NCBI GenBank assembly: GCA_023129255.1
Contig: JAGMCH010000044.1
Span: 1 to 55,996 of the forward strand
DNA from: Dehalococcoidales bacterium
Lineage (GTDB): Bacteria; Chloroflexota; Dehalococcoidia; Dehalococcoidales; BS750m-G39
Length of the DNA: 55,996 bases
Direction: 5' to 3'
The notes beneath the pieces were generated by a model that worked only from the letters and a program-made list of their open reading frames with translations, searched no databases and was not told where the DNA came from. The position numbers were made by a program, and so were the translations under genes. Positions within the stretch are counted from its first letter, which is position 1, and each line of letters starts with the position of its first letter. Shown here piece after piece: positions 1 through 8,402 of the stretch.

Positions 1-603
1 GAGTGGCAATCGCTGGGGGCACCCAGACTGCACATCGTAGACCTTGATGGTGCCGCCAGGGGAGAGGTCTACAACCTGGATATTATCGCCGAGATAGCCG
101 AAGCAGTATTAGTCCCGACACAACTGGGCGGCGGCATCCGCCGGCTGGAAACCGTGGAGCAGATGCTCAAAGCCGGCATAGAGCGGGTCATTCTGGGTAC
201 CGCCGCCGTAGAAGACCCCGGGCTGATTGAACAGGCATGCCGTAAGTTCAGGGAGTCTATTATCGTTGGCATTGATGCCCGGGAAGGATATATTTCCATC
301 CATGGCTGGCGCCAGGACACGGAGCTAAGGGCGATAGAATTTGCCCAATCTATGGTGAAACTGGGGATAAAGCGCTTTATCTATACCGATATCAACCGTG
401 ACGGTACCCTCACCGAGCCCAACTTCTCCGCCATCGCTGAGCTGATAAACGCCATCAGACGGCCGGTCATCGCCGCCGGCGGCATATCATCGCTAAACCA
501 CCTCAAAATGCTCAAATCACTCGGCGCTGAGGGTGCTATAGTCGGCACAGCGCTCTATACCGGAGACATAGACCTGAAAAAAGCCCTAGACGCCGTTAGC
601 TAG
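1..603 (+). CDS. hisA: HisA, ProFAR isomerase; 5' end lies outside the window
   Basis: Frame 1 is open from base 1 (EWQSLGAPRLHIVDLDGAARGE...) and continuous with ORF-track piece 154..603. The blocks DLDGA, GGGIR, VILGTAA, DINRDGT and AAGGISS are typical of the HisA TIM barrel. hisI follows. Confidence 0.9.
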   Translation, partial: EWQSLGAPRLHIVDLDGAARGEVYNLDIIAEIAEAVLVPTQLGGGIRRLETVEQMLKAGIERVILGTAAVEDPGLIEQACRKFRESIIVGIDAREGYISIHGWRQDTELRAIEFAQSMVKLGIKRFIYTDINRDGTLTEPNFSAIAELINAIRRPVIAAGGISSLNHLKMLKSLGAEGAIVGTALYTGDIDLKKALDAVS

Positions 604-699
604 GCAGAGGGAAGGGGAGAGTCAAAGAGGGGCGTTAGCCCCCTCTTTTAAAAACCTTCCCCCTCTCCAAGAGTGGAGAGGGGGACACAGGGGGTAAGG

Positions 700-1032
700 T
701 TGATAAAAGATATAAAGTTCAACGAAAAGGGGCTTATCCCGGCGATAGCCCAGGATGCCGATACCGGCGAAGTGCTGATGATGGCTTATATGAACGAGGA
801 AGCGCTGCGCCGGACTCTGTCCAGCGGTGAAGCCTGGTTCTACAGTCGCAGCCGGCAGGAGCTGTGGCACAAAGGGGAGACCTCGGGCAGCACCATCAAG
901 GTACGTTCCATATGGAAGGACTGCGATAGCGATACCATCTTGATTAAAGGGAAAGCCAGCGGTCCGGTATGCCACACCGGCAACAAGACCTGCTTCTTTC
1001 AGGAGCTAACCGAAGCCGATGTGGAAGGCTGA
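700..1032 (+). CDS. hisI: phosphoribosyl-AMP cyclohydrolase HisI
   Basis: ORF 673..1032 carries GLIPAIAQD, MMAYMNEEAL, FYSRSRQELWHKGETSG, DCDSD and CHTG..TCF, as in PRA-CH. The GTG at 673 lies inside a repeat hairpin. The in-frame TTG at 700, preceded by GGGGGTAAGG, is the more plausible start. Confidence 0.85.
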   Translation: MIKDIKFNEKGLIPAIAQDADTGEVLMMAYMNEEALRRTLSSGEAWFYSRSRQELWHKGETSGSTIKVRSIWKDCDSDTILIKGKASGPVCHTGNKTCFFQELTEADVEG

Positions 1033-1910
1033 ACTGCTTCCTCAGTCTGGTCAAGCTCCACCACCTTCCTTAGTGCCGATAGGGCAACCTCAAGCTGAGT
1101 ATCATCGGGTTCCCTGGTGGTCAACCTCTGCAACCACCGTCCCGGGGCTAGAATAGCCCTGACCAAAGCGCTATCGGTATGTCGGCCGCCAAAATAGATA
1201 ACCTCATAGCCAAAGGCGGCAATAACCGGCAGCAGCAAAATCCGCGATAGCACCATCAGCCACAACGATGGTAAACCGACAAAGGCAAAAACTATAATGG
1301 CTATAATTATTATGGTAAACAGAAAACTAGTGCCACAGCGAACATGAGCCGTACTATATTTCCTGACGGCTTCTACCTCCAGCGGAACCCCAGCTTCATA
1401 GGCATTCACCGCCTTGTGCTCAGCACCATGATAGGCGAAATACCGTTTAATATCAGGCACCAAGCCTATCACTACAAGGTATAGAATAATAAGCGCCGCC
1501 CGGATAAAGCCCTCTATCAGGCTAAATACCAGAGACGAAGTGATATAAGGGTCAAGCAGCTTGGTAAGGAAAAGGGGTGCCATAAAGAAGAGGGCAACAG
1601 ATACCGCCAGGGAAACAGCTACCAGAAGCCAGACTAACCACCCTGAAATCTCCGCCTCTTCCTCCTCCAGAGAGACATTGGCTGAGTAGAGGAGGGTCTT
1701 AATACCCAGAACCATGACCTCAATCAGAACAATGACGCCCCGTATTAGCGGGGTTCTCCTCATCCAGCCAGAATAGATACCCCCCAGCAGCCGAGTATCC
1801 AGAGCCAGCCCACCGCCAGGACGACGCACTGCGGTTACCATTGCCTTCTGCCCCCGCATCATCACCCCCTCAATAACCGCCTGACCCCCATAATAGAATT
1901 TCTTAGCCAT
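999..1910 (-). CDS. DUF1385 family membrane protein
   Basis: N-terminus MAKKFYYGGQAVIEGVMMRG and the YHGAEHK motif are typical of DUF1385, with several hydrophobic helices. The gene is adjacent to rpmE. Its 3' end overlaps hisI convergently by 34 bp. Confidence 0.7.
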   Translation of the reverse strand: MAKKFYYGGQAVIEGVMMRGQKAMVTAVRRPGGGLALDTRLLGGIYSGWMRRTPLIRGVIVLIEVMVLGIKTLLYSANVSLEEEEAEISGWLVWLLVAVSLAVSVALFFMAPLFLTKLLDPYITSSLVFSLIEGFIRAALIILYLVVIGLVPDIKRYFAYHGAEHKAVNAYEAGVPLEVEAVRKYSTAHVRCGTSFLFTIIIIAIIVFAFVGLPSLWLMVLSRILLLPVIAAFGYEVIYFGGRHTDSALVRAILAPGRWLQRLTTREPDDTQLEVALSALRKVVELDQTEEAVQPSTSASVSS

Positions 1911-1962
1911 AATAAAAAAGAGCGGTTTACCAGCCCGCTCCTGCCCTCATGAAAATGCTTAT

Positions 1963-2169
1963 TTAATCCTCCAGCTTGTAGCGCCGCTTAAACCGCTCCA
2001 CCCGCCCCAATGTGTCCACCATCCTATGCTCCTTAGTGAAAAATGGATGGCACTTACTACACAGCTCGACCTTTAATATCTTCTTGGTGGAGCCGATGGT
2101 AAAGGTATTGCCACAGGCACAGGTTACCTTGGCATCGGTATAAAACTCGGGATGAATCTTGCCCTTCAT
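1963..2169 (-). CDS. rpmE: 50S ribosomal protein L31 (Zn-binding type)
   Basis: [11 protein letters not shown]-terminus, CxC...CxxC cysteines and [16 protein letters not shown], as in L31. Confidence 0.95.
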   Translation of the reverse strand: MKGKIHPEFYTDAKVTCACGNTFTIGSTKKILKVELCSKCHPFFTKEHRMVDTLGRVERFKRRYKLED

Positions 2170-2174
2170 ATCAT

Positions 2175-2429
2175 TTAGCCAGCGTAAACGCTAACCTTCC
2201 TCCGGTCTTTGCTGGTCGGCCCGAAGGCGACCACACCGTCAATTAAGGCAAAGAGGGTATAATCCTTGCCCACGCCCACATTATCGCCGGGGTGAATGCG
2301 TGTGCCCCGCTGCCGAACCAGGATAGTCCCGGCATGCACCCTCTGACCAGCGTATTTCTTCACTCCCAGCCGCTTGGACTGGCTATCGCGACCGCAACGG
2401 CTGGTGCCGCCTGCTTTTTTATGCGCCAT
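2175..2429 (-). CDS. rpmA: 50S ribosomal protein L27
   Basis: [10 protein letters not shown]...[25 protein letters not shown] is the canonical L27 sequence. Confidence 0.95.
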   Translation of the reverse strand: MAHKKAGGTSRCGRDSQSKRLGVKKYAGQRVHAGTILVRQRGTRIHPGDNVGVGKDYTLFALIDGVVAFGPTSKDRRKVSVYAG

Positions 2430-2802
2430 CCTTAGTCACCTCTTTTTTACGCCGCCGAGCCTTCTTAACCGGCTTAGCTTGCGCCGCTCCTGGCTCAACT
2501 ATCTTATCTATAACCAGCCTGGTATAAAGCTGACGGTGCCCCGTCTTCTTGCGGTAGCGCACCTTTGGCTTATACTTAAAGACGATAATCTTCTCGCCTT
2601 TGCCCTCCCCCTGCGAGGTGGCAACTACCTTCGCCCCGTCAACAGTGGGCGCACCTACTGTTAGCCGTTTGCCGTCGGCAATAAGCAATACCCTGTCCAG
2701 GTCAACGGTATCGCCTTCAGCCACATCCAGGCGTTCCACATCTATAGTCTCACCGGGGCTCACTCTATACTGCTTGCCGCCGGTTTCAATAATAGCGTAA
2801 AT
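2419..2802 (-). CDS. rplU: 50S ribosomal protein L21; ATT start inferred
   Basis: ORF-track piece 2419..2763 lacks the conserved N-terminus. The same frame stays open upstream and reads (ATT)[13 protein letters not shown], the canonical L21 start. GGAGG lies 7 nt upstream of the ATT at 2802..2800. There is no ATG/GTG/TTG in frame between the upstream stop and 2763. Confidence 0.85.
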   Translation of the reverse strand: MYAIIETGGKQYRVSPGETIDVERLDVAEGDTVDLDRVLLIADGKRLTVGAPTVDGAKVVATSQGEGKGEKIIVFKYKPKVRYRKKTGHRQLYTRLVIDKIVEPGAAQAKPVKKARRRKKEVTKDGA

Positions 2803-2852
2803 CTTTAAACCTCCGTTAAACAGGTTATTCTACCAATTGCTATAGCTAGGTG

Positions 2853-3455
2853 TCAAGCCGCCAGATTCCGCCACAGCTTCTTCACCCTGCTTTTTAATTC
2901 GTCAAGGCTGCAATCGGTATCTATTACCACATCGGCGTGTTTTATCTTCTCCTCCGGAGGCAGCTGGGAACGGATGCGAGCCAGAGATTCCGGCTCAGAA
3001 AGCCCGAGCTTCTTTTTAAGTCGCTTCAAGACGGTAGACTCAGGGGCGACCGTGACCCAGACCTCATCTACTTCATCTAGCAATGAAGGTCTGCCGGCTT
3101 CCAGCAAGACAGGGGCTTCCAGCACCACCACCCCCACCCCCTGCTGCCGATATTCCTCAATCAGAGCCTTCACCAGGGCATATATTCGGGGGTGCATTAT
3201 CTGGTTCAGCCGGGCTAGAGCCTCATTATTGGCAAAAACTATTTCCCCCAGCTTCCTGCGGTCAATATCGCCGTCGGGGGTGAGAATCTCTTTGCCAAAG
3301 GCAGCCACCACCTCACGCCAAGCCCCGCTATCGGGCTTAAGTACTTCATGCCCCACCCTATCGGCGTCAATGATGACCGCCCCCAGCTCCTTAAGGAAGC
3401 CGGAAACGGTGCTCTTGCCGCTACCAATGCCACCGGTAAGACCTATAACCTTCAT
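2853..3455 (-). CDS. coaE: dephospho-CoA kinase
   Basis: MKVIGLTGGIGSGKST P-loop at the N-terminus, 200 aa, CoaE-like throughout. Confidence 0.9.
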   Translation of the reverse strand: MKVIGLTGGIGSGKSTVSGFLKELGAVIIDADRVGHEVLKPDSGAWREVVAAFGKEILTPDGDIDRRKLGEIVFANNEALARLNQIMHPRIYALVKALIEEYRQQGVGVVVLEAPVLLEAGRPSLLDEVDEVWVTVAPESTVLKRLKKKLGLSEPESLARIRSQLPPEEKIKHADVVIDTDCSLDELKSRVKKLWRNLAA

Positions 3456-3498
3456 GCCAACAAGTCTAGCCTCTGGTAGCTATGTAGTCAAGGGACTC

Positions 3499-3625
3499 TT
3501 TATCTACCTCTCCCCCTCCCCCAAAATAAATAAAGGGTGTTTAAGAGGGGCGCTAGCGCCTATGGGGCGGGAGGGTGGGAAGAAAAACAAAAGTTAAAAC
3601 AGGGGAGGTGGGGGTGATAATAAAT
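3499..3625. repeat. mosaic intergenic repeat (partial reverse tail/H2 arm plus a forward G-type half unit)
   Basis: tttatctacctctccccctccccc is a reverse-complement tail plus hairpin arm. gggtgtttaagaggggcgctagcgcc, then GGGGCGGGAGGGTGGG, then aaaacaggggaggtgggggtgataa matches the other copies (see findings). Boundaries are approximate. Confidence 0.7.
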
Positions 3626-3749
3626 ATCAATATTGAGAGGTTATCTAGAGGCGTATCTACCATATCTAAGAGCTATAACTGGCAGTGGGCGAGTGATATA
3701 ATTAGGTTAAGGTGTTAACTATGCATGAGGTACTGCTGGAGGGATACTG

Positions 3750-4535
3750 ATGTTTAATTGGGCATTATTCTTATGCCTTGTAGGGGTATGCATACCTGGG
3801 GCACTAGTAACTATTCCCCAAGCACTTAGTACCATTGAGAAGACTATTCTAAGCAGACTACCAGCTGACAAGAAGATACCCTCAAAGCCTGTCCTTATCG
3901 TTCTTTCAGTAGCCCAGAGTTTGATTCTGGTTGCGATTGCTGCAGCAGTTGGGACAGCCCTTGCCTATCGTGTCGACCTGCAGGCACCATTCTTTGAAGC
4001 TTTAGTTTCTGATGGGCCACTATTGAGCGCTTTGCGACCCCAAATCGTTCCCGCGTTAACCGGAGGGGTCGGTGGAGCGATAATCTTCATTGCCGCTTAT
4101 TATCTCATCTTTAGGCCACGCCTGGATGCCCAAACGGTCAAAAGCATGGAAAAACTGAGAATGGGGTTGGGGATATGGAGTCGTCTTCTCTATGGCGGTA
4201 TATTTGAAGAAGTTTTGACCCGTTGGGGATTGCTGAGCCTCTTTGTCTGGTTGGGAGCGTTGTTGGCAGGAAGTCCAACCGCTGTAGTGGTATGGATAGC
4301 AATCGTGATTTCTGGAGTATTATTCGGACTCGGCCATTTTCCCAGCTATTTGGCGGCGGGATGCAAGAAAACTCCCGTCTTCTTTGGCCTGATGATTAGT
4401 TTGAACTTATGGGGTTCGCTAATCTTTGGTTGGTTATTCTGGCAATGCGGACTTGTTGCCGCCATGCTAGCTCACATGCTATTTCATATCGTCTGGCTGC
4501 CGTTCGACCTGTACTTTTATAAGCGTAGTACCTAA
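3750..4535 (+). CDS. CPBP family (CAAX/Abi-type) intramembrane glutamic protease
   Basis: Polytopic membrane protein carrying EEVLTRW (EExxxR), FGLGH (FxxxH) and HMLFH motifs. Confidence 0.75.
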   Translation: MFNWALFLCLVGVCIPGALVTIPQALSTIEKTILSRLPADKKIPSKPVLIVLSVAQSLILVAIAAAVGTALAYRVDLQAPFFEALVSDGPLLSALRPQIVPALTGGVGGAIIFIAAYYLIFRPRLDAQTVKSMEKLRMGLGIWSRLLYGGIFEEVLTRWGLLSLFVWLGALLAGSPTAVVVWIAIVISGVLFGLGHFPSYLAAGCKKTPVFFGLMISLNLWGSLIFGWLFWQCGLVAAMLAHMLFHIVWLPFDLYFYKRST

Positions 4536-4699
4536 TAGGGCATACCTTTGTCAGTCTTTTCCAATGTGCCAATCCAATTAACATTGAAATCTTAGTTGTT
4601 GTCCATTTTATGGAAAACTTCAATATTGCGCCTGTGCTCAGTTGCATACCAACACCACGTTCTTCTCAAAAATCGTAACCGCACTTCATAAGCGAGGGT

Positions 4700-4772
4700 A
4701 TCTAAGAGAGGCGGAAGCCCCTCTTTTTTATTATCCCTCCCCCTCTCCCTTGAGGGAGAGGGGGATTAAGGT
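4700..4772 (+). repeat. E-type intergenic repeat (H1 hairpin + T-tract, H2 hairpin, short tail)
   Basis: aagagaggcggaagcccctctttttt is followed by ccctccccctctcccttgagggagagggggattaagg. Confidence 0.75.
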
Positions 4773-4869
4773 CAAAGACTCTTCGAGGAATGAGGTAGAA
4801 TCATTAGACATGAAGTTCTGCCTTAAAGCTGCTATAGTATAAACTTAATTATGTTTTTTACCAGAGTGA

Positions 4870-5784
4870 GTGCTGATGCCAGGTGATTGGGTTAATATAG
4901 CTGTATTAAGTGCGGCTGTCCTCGGGCTAGTGAACATTATTGATAGTCACCTCATCTCCAAGCGAATGCCAAGCTTGCGGGCTTTCCTATTGCCGATAGG
5001 CATTATTCACTTAATTTATAGCTCAGTATTGTTTAATCTATTCCCCTTACCTGAGGGCACGGGCATATGGCCAGTACTGGTGGCGATAGCCTCAGGTATA
5101 CTCCGCACTGGCGCTGTCAGCATCATGCTTTATAGCCTTAAAAGGGAGGAAGTATCACGGGTTATTCCTGTAGTCTACACCTATCCTATTTTTGTGGCGA
5201 TTATGGCGGCACCGTTACTGGGGGAGACCATGCATTACCTGCAATGGATAGCAATAATTATTGTGGTGGCAGGGGCAGTAATGGTCTCGGTTAGAAGAAG
5301 CCCGGCTGGCTCTGCTACCTGGCTGGGCAAACCACTCCTCCTTCTTTTCGGCTCCAGCCTGCTTTTTGCCATGGCGGATATAGCCAGTAAGTATGCCCTT
5401 GCCTACATCTCATTCTGGAACATGTTCTGGATTAGCGCATTCTGCATGTCCGGTATCTTCTTGCTAGTCTCAATACGTCCTCACGTCATCAGACAGCTAA
5501 GTAACATGAAGCAAAGGAATTCGGCTATAGCTCTGCTTACTCTTAATGAGACATTGACACCGATAGGGATAGTGTTGTCATTCTGGGCACTAGCGAGGGG
5601 ACCGGTGTCTCTGGTTTCCACCATTGTCAGTAGCCGCCCCATATTTGTGGTTATATATGCTCTTATCCTTAGCCGTGTCTCGCCAATGTTTCTAGAGTGG
5701 CAAGCTGGCAAGGTAATGCTGGCGCTGCGGCTCATTGCCACTGCTATGATTGTCAGCGGGGCAGCTATTATCTATCTGACCTAG
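4870..5784 (+). CDS. EamA/DMT superfamily transporter
   Basis: 304 aa with about ten hydrophobic helices in two similar halves, as in EamA-domain permeases. The start may be the ATG at 4876. Confidence 0.7.
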   Translation: MLMPGDWVNIAVLSAAVLGLVNIIDSHLISKRMPSLRAFLLPIGIIHLIYSSVLFNLFPLPEGTGIWPVLVAIASGILRTGAVSIMLYSLKREEVSRVIPVVYTYPIFVAIMAAPLLGETMHYLQWIAIIIVVAGAVMVSVRRSPAGSATWLGKPLLLLFGSSLLFAMADIASKYALAYISFWNMFWISAFCMSGIFLLVSIRPHVIRQLSNMKQRNSAIALLTLNETLTPIGIVLSFWALARGPVSLVSTIVSSRPIFVVIYALILSRVSPMFLEWQAGKVMLALRLIATAMIVSGAAIIYLT

Positions 5785-5884
5785 AGGATTGATATTGCTT
5801 GTCAACCTCGCCCCCCTAATTTTATATTTATTAACTATTAACCCCATCCCCTTTGGTTCTTAATAGGGGGTAACTAAGTTTGTA

Positions 5885-6016
5885 GGGTGTTTAAGAGGGG
5901 CGCAAGCCCCTCTTTTTATTATCCTCCCCCTCCCCCTTGAGGGAGAGGGGGATTAAGTCGGGGTCCCCGAAAATCTTGATTTTTGGGGTAAATTAAGGGG
6001 GTGAGGGTGCTATGAT
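5885..6016 (+). repeat. E-type intergenic repeat carrying a 34-nt internal insertion
   Basis: gggtgtttaagaggggcgcaagcccctcttttt, then cctccccctcccccttgagggagagggggattaag, then a 34-nt insert, then attaagggggtgagggtg. Confidence 0.75.
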
Positions 6017-6026
6017 AACTAATGAG

Positions 6027-6035
6027 TGCTATAAT
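6027..6035 (+). promoter_or_regulatory. candidate extended -10 promoter element (TGcTATAAT) for the AmmeMemoRadiSam operon
   Basis: tgctataat at 6027..6035 lies about 17 nt upstream of the AAGGAG/ATG at 6052. No good -35 was seen. Confidence 0.35.
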
Positions 6036-6051
6036 TATACAAAGGAGCATT

Positions 6052-7086
6052 ATGCATGAGGCAATGCTCTATGAAAAGCTGCCTAACTCCAGGGTAAGGT
6101 GCGGTACCTGCCAGTGGCGCTGCAATATAGCTCCGGGCAAGTTTGGCGTCTGCCGTGTCTATCAGAACCGCGACGGCACCCTGTATAACCTGAACTATGC
6201 CAAGGCGTCATCGGTAGCCGCCGACCCTATTGAAAAGAAGCCGCTGTTTCACTTCTTCCCCGGCAGTCTGGCTTTCTCCATAGGGGGGTGGGGGTGCAAC
6301 TTCCACTGCCAGGACTGCCAGAACTGGGAAATCTCCTGCCCCGCGGATAATGAGCCGTGGCTCGGCTCTCAAGAAGTCTCACCTCAAGCAGCCATAGAAC
6401 TGGCAAAACGCTATCAATGCCAGGGCATCGCCTGGACATACAATGAGCCGAGCATCTGGTTTGAATATACCTTTGACTCGGCCAAGCTGGCTAAGGAGAA
6501 TAACCTTTATACCGTTTATGTGACCAACGGCTTTCTCACCCCTGAGGCGCTGGACACCATCGGGCCTTACCTTGATGCCTGGCGGGTTGATATTAAGGGT
6601 TTCACCGACTCCCTCTACCGTGAGCTGGCCAAGATAAACCGCTGGCGAGGAATACTTGAGGTCGCCAAGCGAGCTAAGGATAAGTGGAATATGCATGTTG
6701 AGGTGGTAACCAACATCATACCCACCATGAATGATGATGACCAGCAGCTTGAGAGCATTGCCAACTGGATAAGGGATGAGCTGGGGGAGCTAACCCCGTG
6801 GCATGTGACCAGGTTCTACCCCCACCACCATATGATGCACTTGCCCCCCACGCCGGTATCCACCCTGGAGCATGCATGCGAAATTGGGAAAAAGGCTGGA
6901 CTTAAGTTTGTCTATGCCGGTAACGTTCCCGGACATAGCAGCGAAAGTACCGTCTGCTACAACTGTGGTAAGCCTATTATAAACAGGTTCGGTTACCAAG
7001 CCGAGGTAGTCGGGCTGGAGGACTCAAGGTGCAAGTTCTGCGGGGCAGAGCTTAACTTCAGGACTCCCGGGCAGAGAGGAGAGTAA
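6052..7086 (+). CDS. amrS: AmmeMemoRadiSam system radical SAM enzyme
   Basis: CNFHCQDC (CxxxCxxC) radical SAM motif, and an N-terminal Cys cluster RCGTCQWRC...GVC typical of this family. The Memo-like and AMMECR1-like genes follow directly. ORF-track start is 6022, but the ATG at 6052 has AAGGAG upstream. Confidence 0.85.
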   Translation: MHEAMLYEKLPNSRVRCGTCQWRCNIAPGKFGVCRVYQNRDGTLYNLNYAKASSVAADPIEKKPLFHFFPGSLAFSIGGWGCNFHCQDCQNWEISCPADNEPWLGSQEVSPQAAIELAKRYQCQGIAWTYNEPSIWFEYTFDSAKLAKENNLYTVYVTNGFLTPEALDTIGPYLDAWRVDIKGFTDSLYRELAKINRWRGILEVAKRAKDKWNMHVEVVTNIIPTMNDDDQQLESIANWIRDELGELTPWHVTRFYPHHHMMHLPPTPVSTLEHACEIGKKAGLKFVYAGNVPGHSSESTVCYNCGKPIINRFGYQAEVVGLEDSRCKFCGAELNFRTPGQRGE

Positions 7087-7087
7087 G

Positions 7088-7888
7088 ATGATTAGAAATC
7101 CGGTTGTCGCCGGGCAATTCTACCCGGCATCAGCTTCAGAGCTTAAGGCAATGATTGAGGGGATGGTTAAAGAAGAGGTGATTGGTCTGATTGCGCCCCA
7201 TGCTGGCTATATCTATTCCGGGCCAGTAACGGCAGCCGTTATATCCAGAATCAAATTTAAGGACACCTTCATCATCATGGGGCCCAACCACACCGGCAGC
7301 GGCAAGCCCCTCAGCATCATGACTGAAGGCACATGGAAAACACCACTGGGAAAAGTAGAAATTGACTCGGAACTGGGCAAAAAGATTCTAGCCACCTCCA
7401 AACATCTGCAGGAGGACAAGACAGCCCATCTCTACGAGCACTCCATTGAGGTTCAGCTCCCGTTTTTACAATATTTCAAGCCCGATTTTAAGCTAGTCCC
7501 CATCGTGCTCGCCTATGCCAGCGGCGACGTCTACAAGGAAATCGGCAAAGAAATAGCCAAAGCGGTTAAGGAACTGGGCAAAAAGGTGGTAATCATCGCC
7601 TCCAGCGACATGACCCACTACGAGTCACAGGAGTCGGCTCAGAAGAAGGATAGTCAAGCTATAGAAGCCATACTGGATTTGAATGAGGATGAACTATTAA
7701 AAAGGGTTGATGAGCTCAATATCACCATGTGCGGCTATGCCCCGGCGGTCAGCCTTATCGTTGCCGCCAAGGAATTAGGCGCCACCGGCACAGAACTGGT
7801 TAAATACCAGACCAGCGGAGATGTCACCGGCGATTATTCAGCCGTGGTGGGCTACGCCGGTATAATAATAAAAGGTAGAGGGGGATGA
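7088..7888 (+). CDS. amrB: AmmeMemoRadiSam system protein B (MEMO1-like)
   Basis: AGQFYP, APHAGYIYSG and HSIEVQLPFLQ motifs of the Memo family. The gene is tightly packed between its two partner genes. Confidence 0.85.
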   Translation: MIRNPVVAGQFYPASASELKAMIEGMVKEEVIGLIAPHAGYIYSGPVTAAVISRIKFKDTFIIMGPNHTGSGKPLSIMTEGTWKTPLGKVEIDSELGKKILATSKHLQEDKTAHLYEHSIEVQLPFLQYFKPDFKLVPIVLAYASGDVYKEIGKEIAKAVKELGKKVVIIASSDMTHYESQESAQKKDSQAIEAILDLNEDELLKRVDELNITMCGYAPAVSLIVAAKELGATGTELVKYQTSGDVTGDYSAVVGYAGIIIKGRGG

Positions 7889-7889
7889 G

Positions 7890-8393
7890 ATGCATCCGCT
7901 GGCGGCACTAGCCAAGATAACAGTAGAGACCTTTATCACGGAAGGTAAAGTCTTTCAGCTGCAAGAGCTTACCCCCGAGATGGGGGGGAGGGCTGGCGTC
8001 TTTGTTTCCATTCACAAGGGTGGCGAACTAAGAGGCTGCATCGGCACCTTTGAGCCCCAGAAGGCTAATGTGGCTGAGGAGGTTATCGCCAATGCCATTA
8101 GCTCGGCAACGAGAGACCCCCGCTTTCTGCGCATCCGCCCCGATGAGCTTGAAGACCTTAAATACAGCGTGGACGTCCTCACCACCCCCCAGCCAATTCC
8201 CAGCAAAGACCATCTAGACCCCAAGAGGTATGGGGTTATCGTGGAGGCGGGTTTCAAGAAGGGCTTGCTCCTCCCCGACCTTGAGGGAGTGGATACGGTG
8301 GACTATCAGATTGACATCTGCCGCCAGAAGGCGGGCATATTGCCCGACGAGCCAGTAAGGCTATACAGATTTGAGGTGAGGAGGTATAAATAA
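7890..8393 (+). CDS. amrA: AmmeMemoRadiSam system protein A (AMMECR1 domain)
   Basis: GVFVSIHKGGELRGCIGTFEP and RDPRF motifs of the AMMECR1 domain. Its last 15 codons are duplicated at 10202..10249. Confidence 0.85.
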   Translation: MHPLAALAKITVETFITEGKVFQLQELTPEMGGRAGVFVSIHKGGELRGCIGTFEPQKANVAEEVIANAISSATRDPRFLRIRPDELEDLKYSVDVLTTPQPIPSKDHLDPKRYGVIVEAGFKKGLLLPDLEGVDTVDYQIDICRQKAGILPDEPVRLYRFEVRRYK

Positions 8394-8396
8394 AGG
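8349..8396 (+). repeat. 48-bp direct repeat, copy 1 (functional 3' end of amrA)
   Basis: gagccagtaaggctatacagatttgaggtgaggaggtataaataaagg. 45/48 identical to 10202..10249. Confidence 0.9.
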
Positions 8397-8402
8397 AGTG
8401 GG

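Noticed and set aside
673-699. GTG at 673 as the hisI start.
   Set aside because: These nine codons lie inside the H2 hairpin and tail of the repeat. They add non-conserved residues, and the TTG at 700 has better SD spacing.
999-1032. The 34-bp convergent overlap of hisI and the DUF1385 gene as a regulatory antisense arrangement.
   Set aside because: Short convergent 3' overlaps are common in compact genomes, and nothing else in the sequence supports a specific function.
2974-3597. 207-aa plus-strand ORF.
   Set aside because: It is antisense to the well-supported coaE gene. Its composition is low-complexity and Ser/Thr/Pro/Ala-rich, typical of a shadow ORF, and it runs into a repeat.
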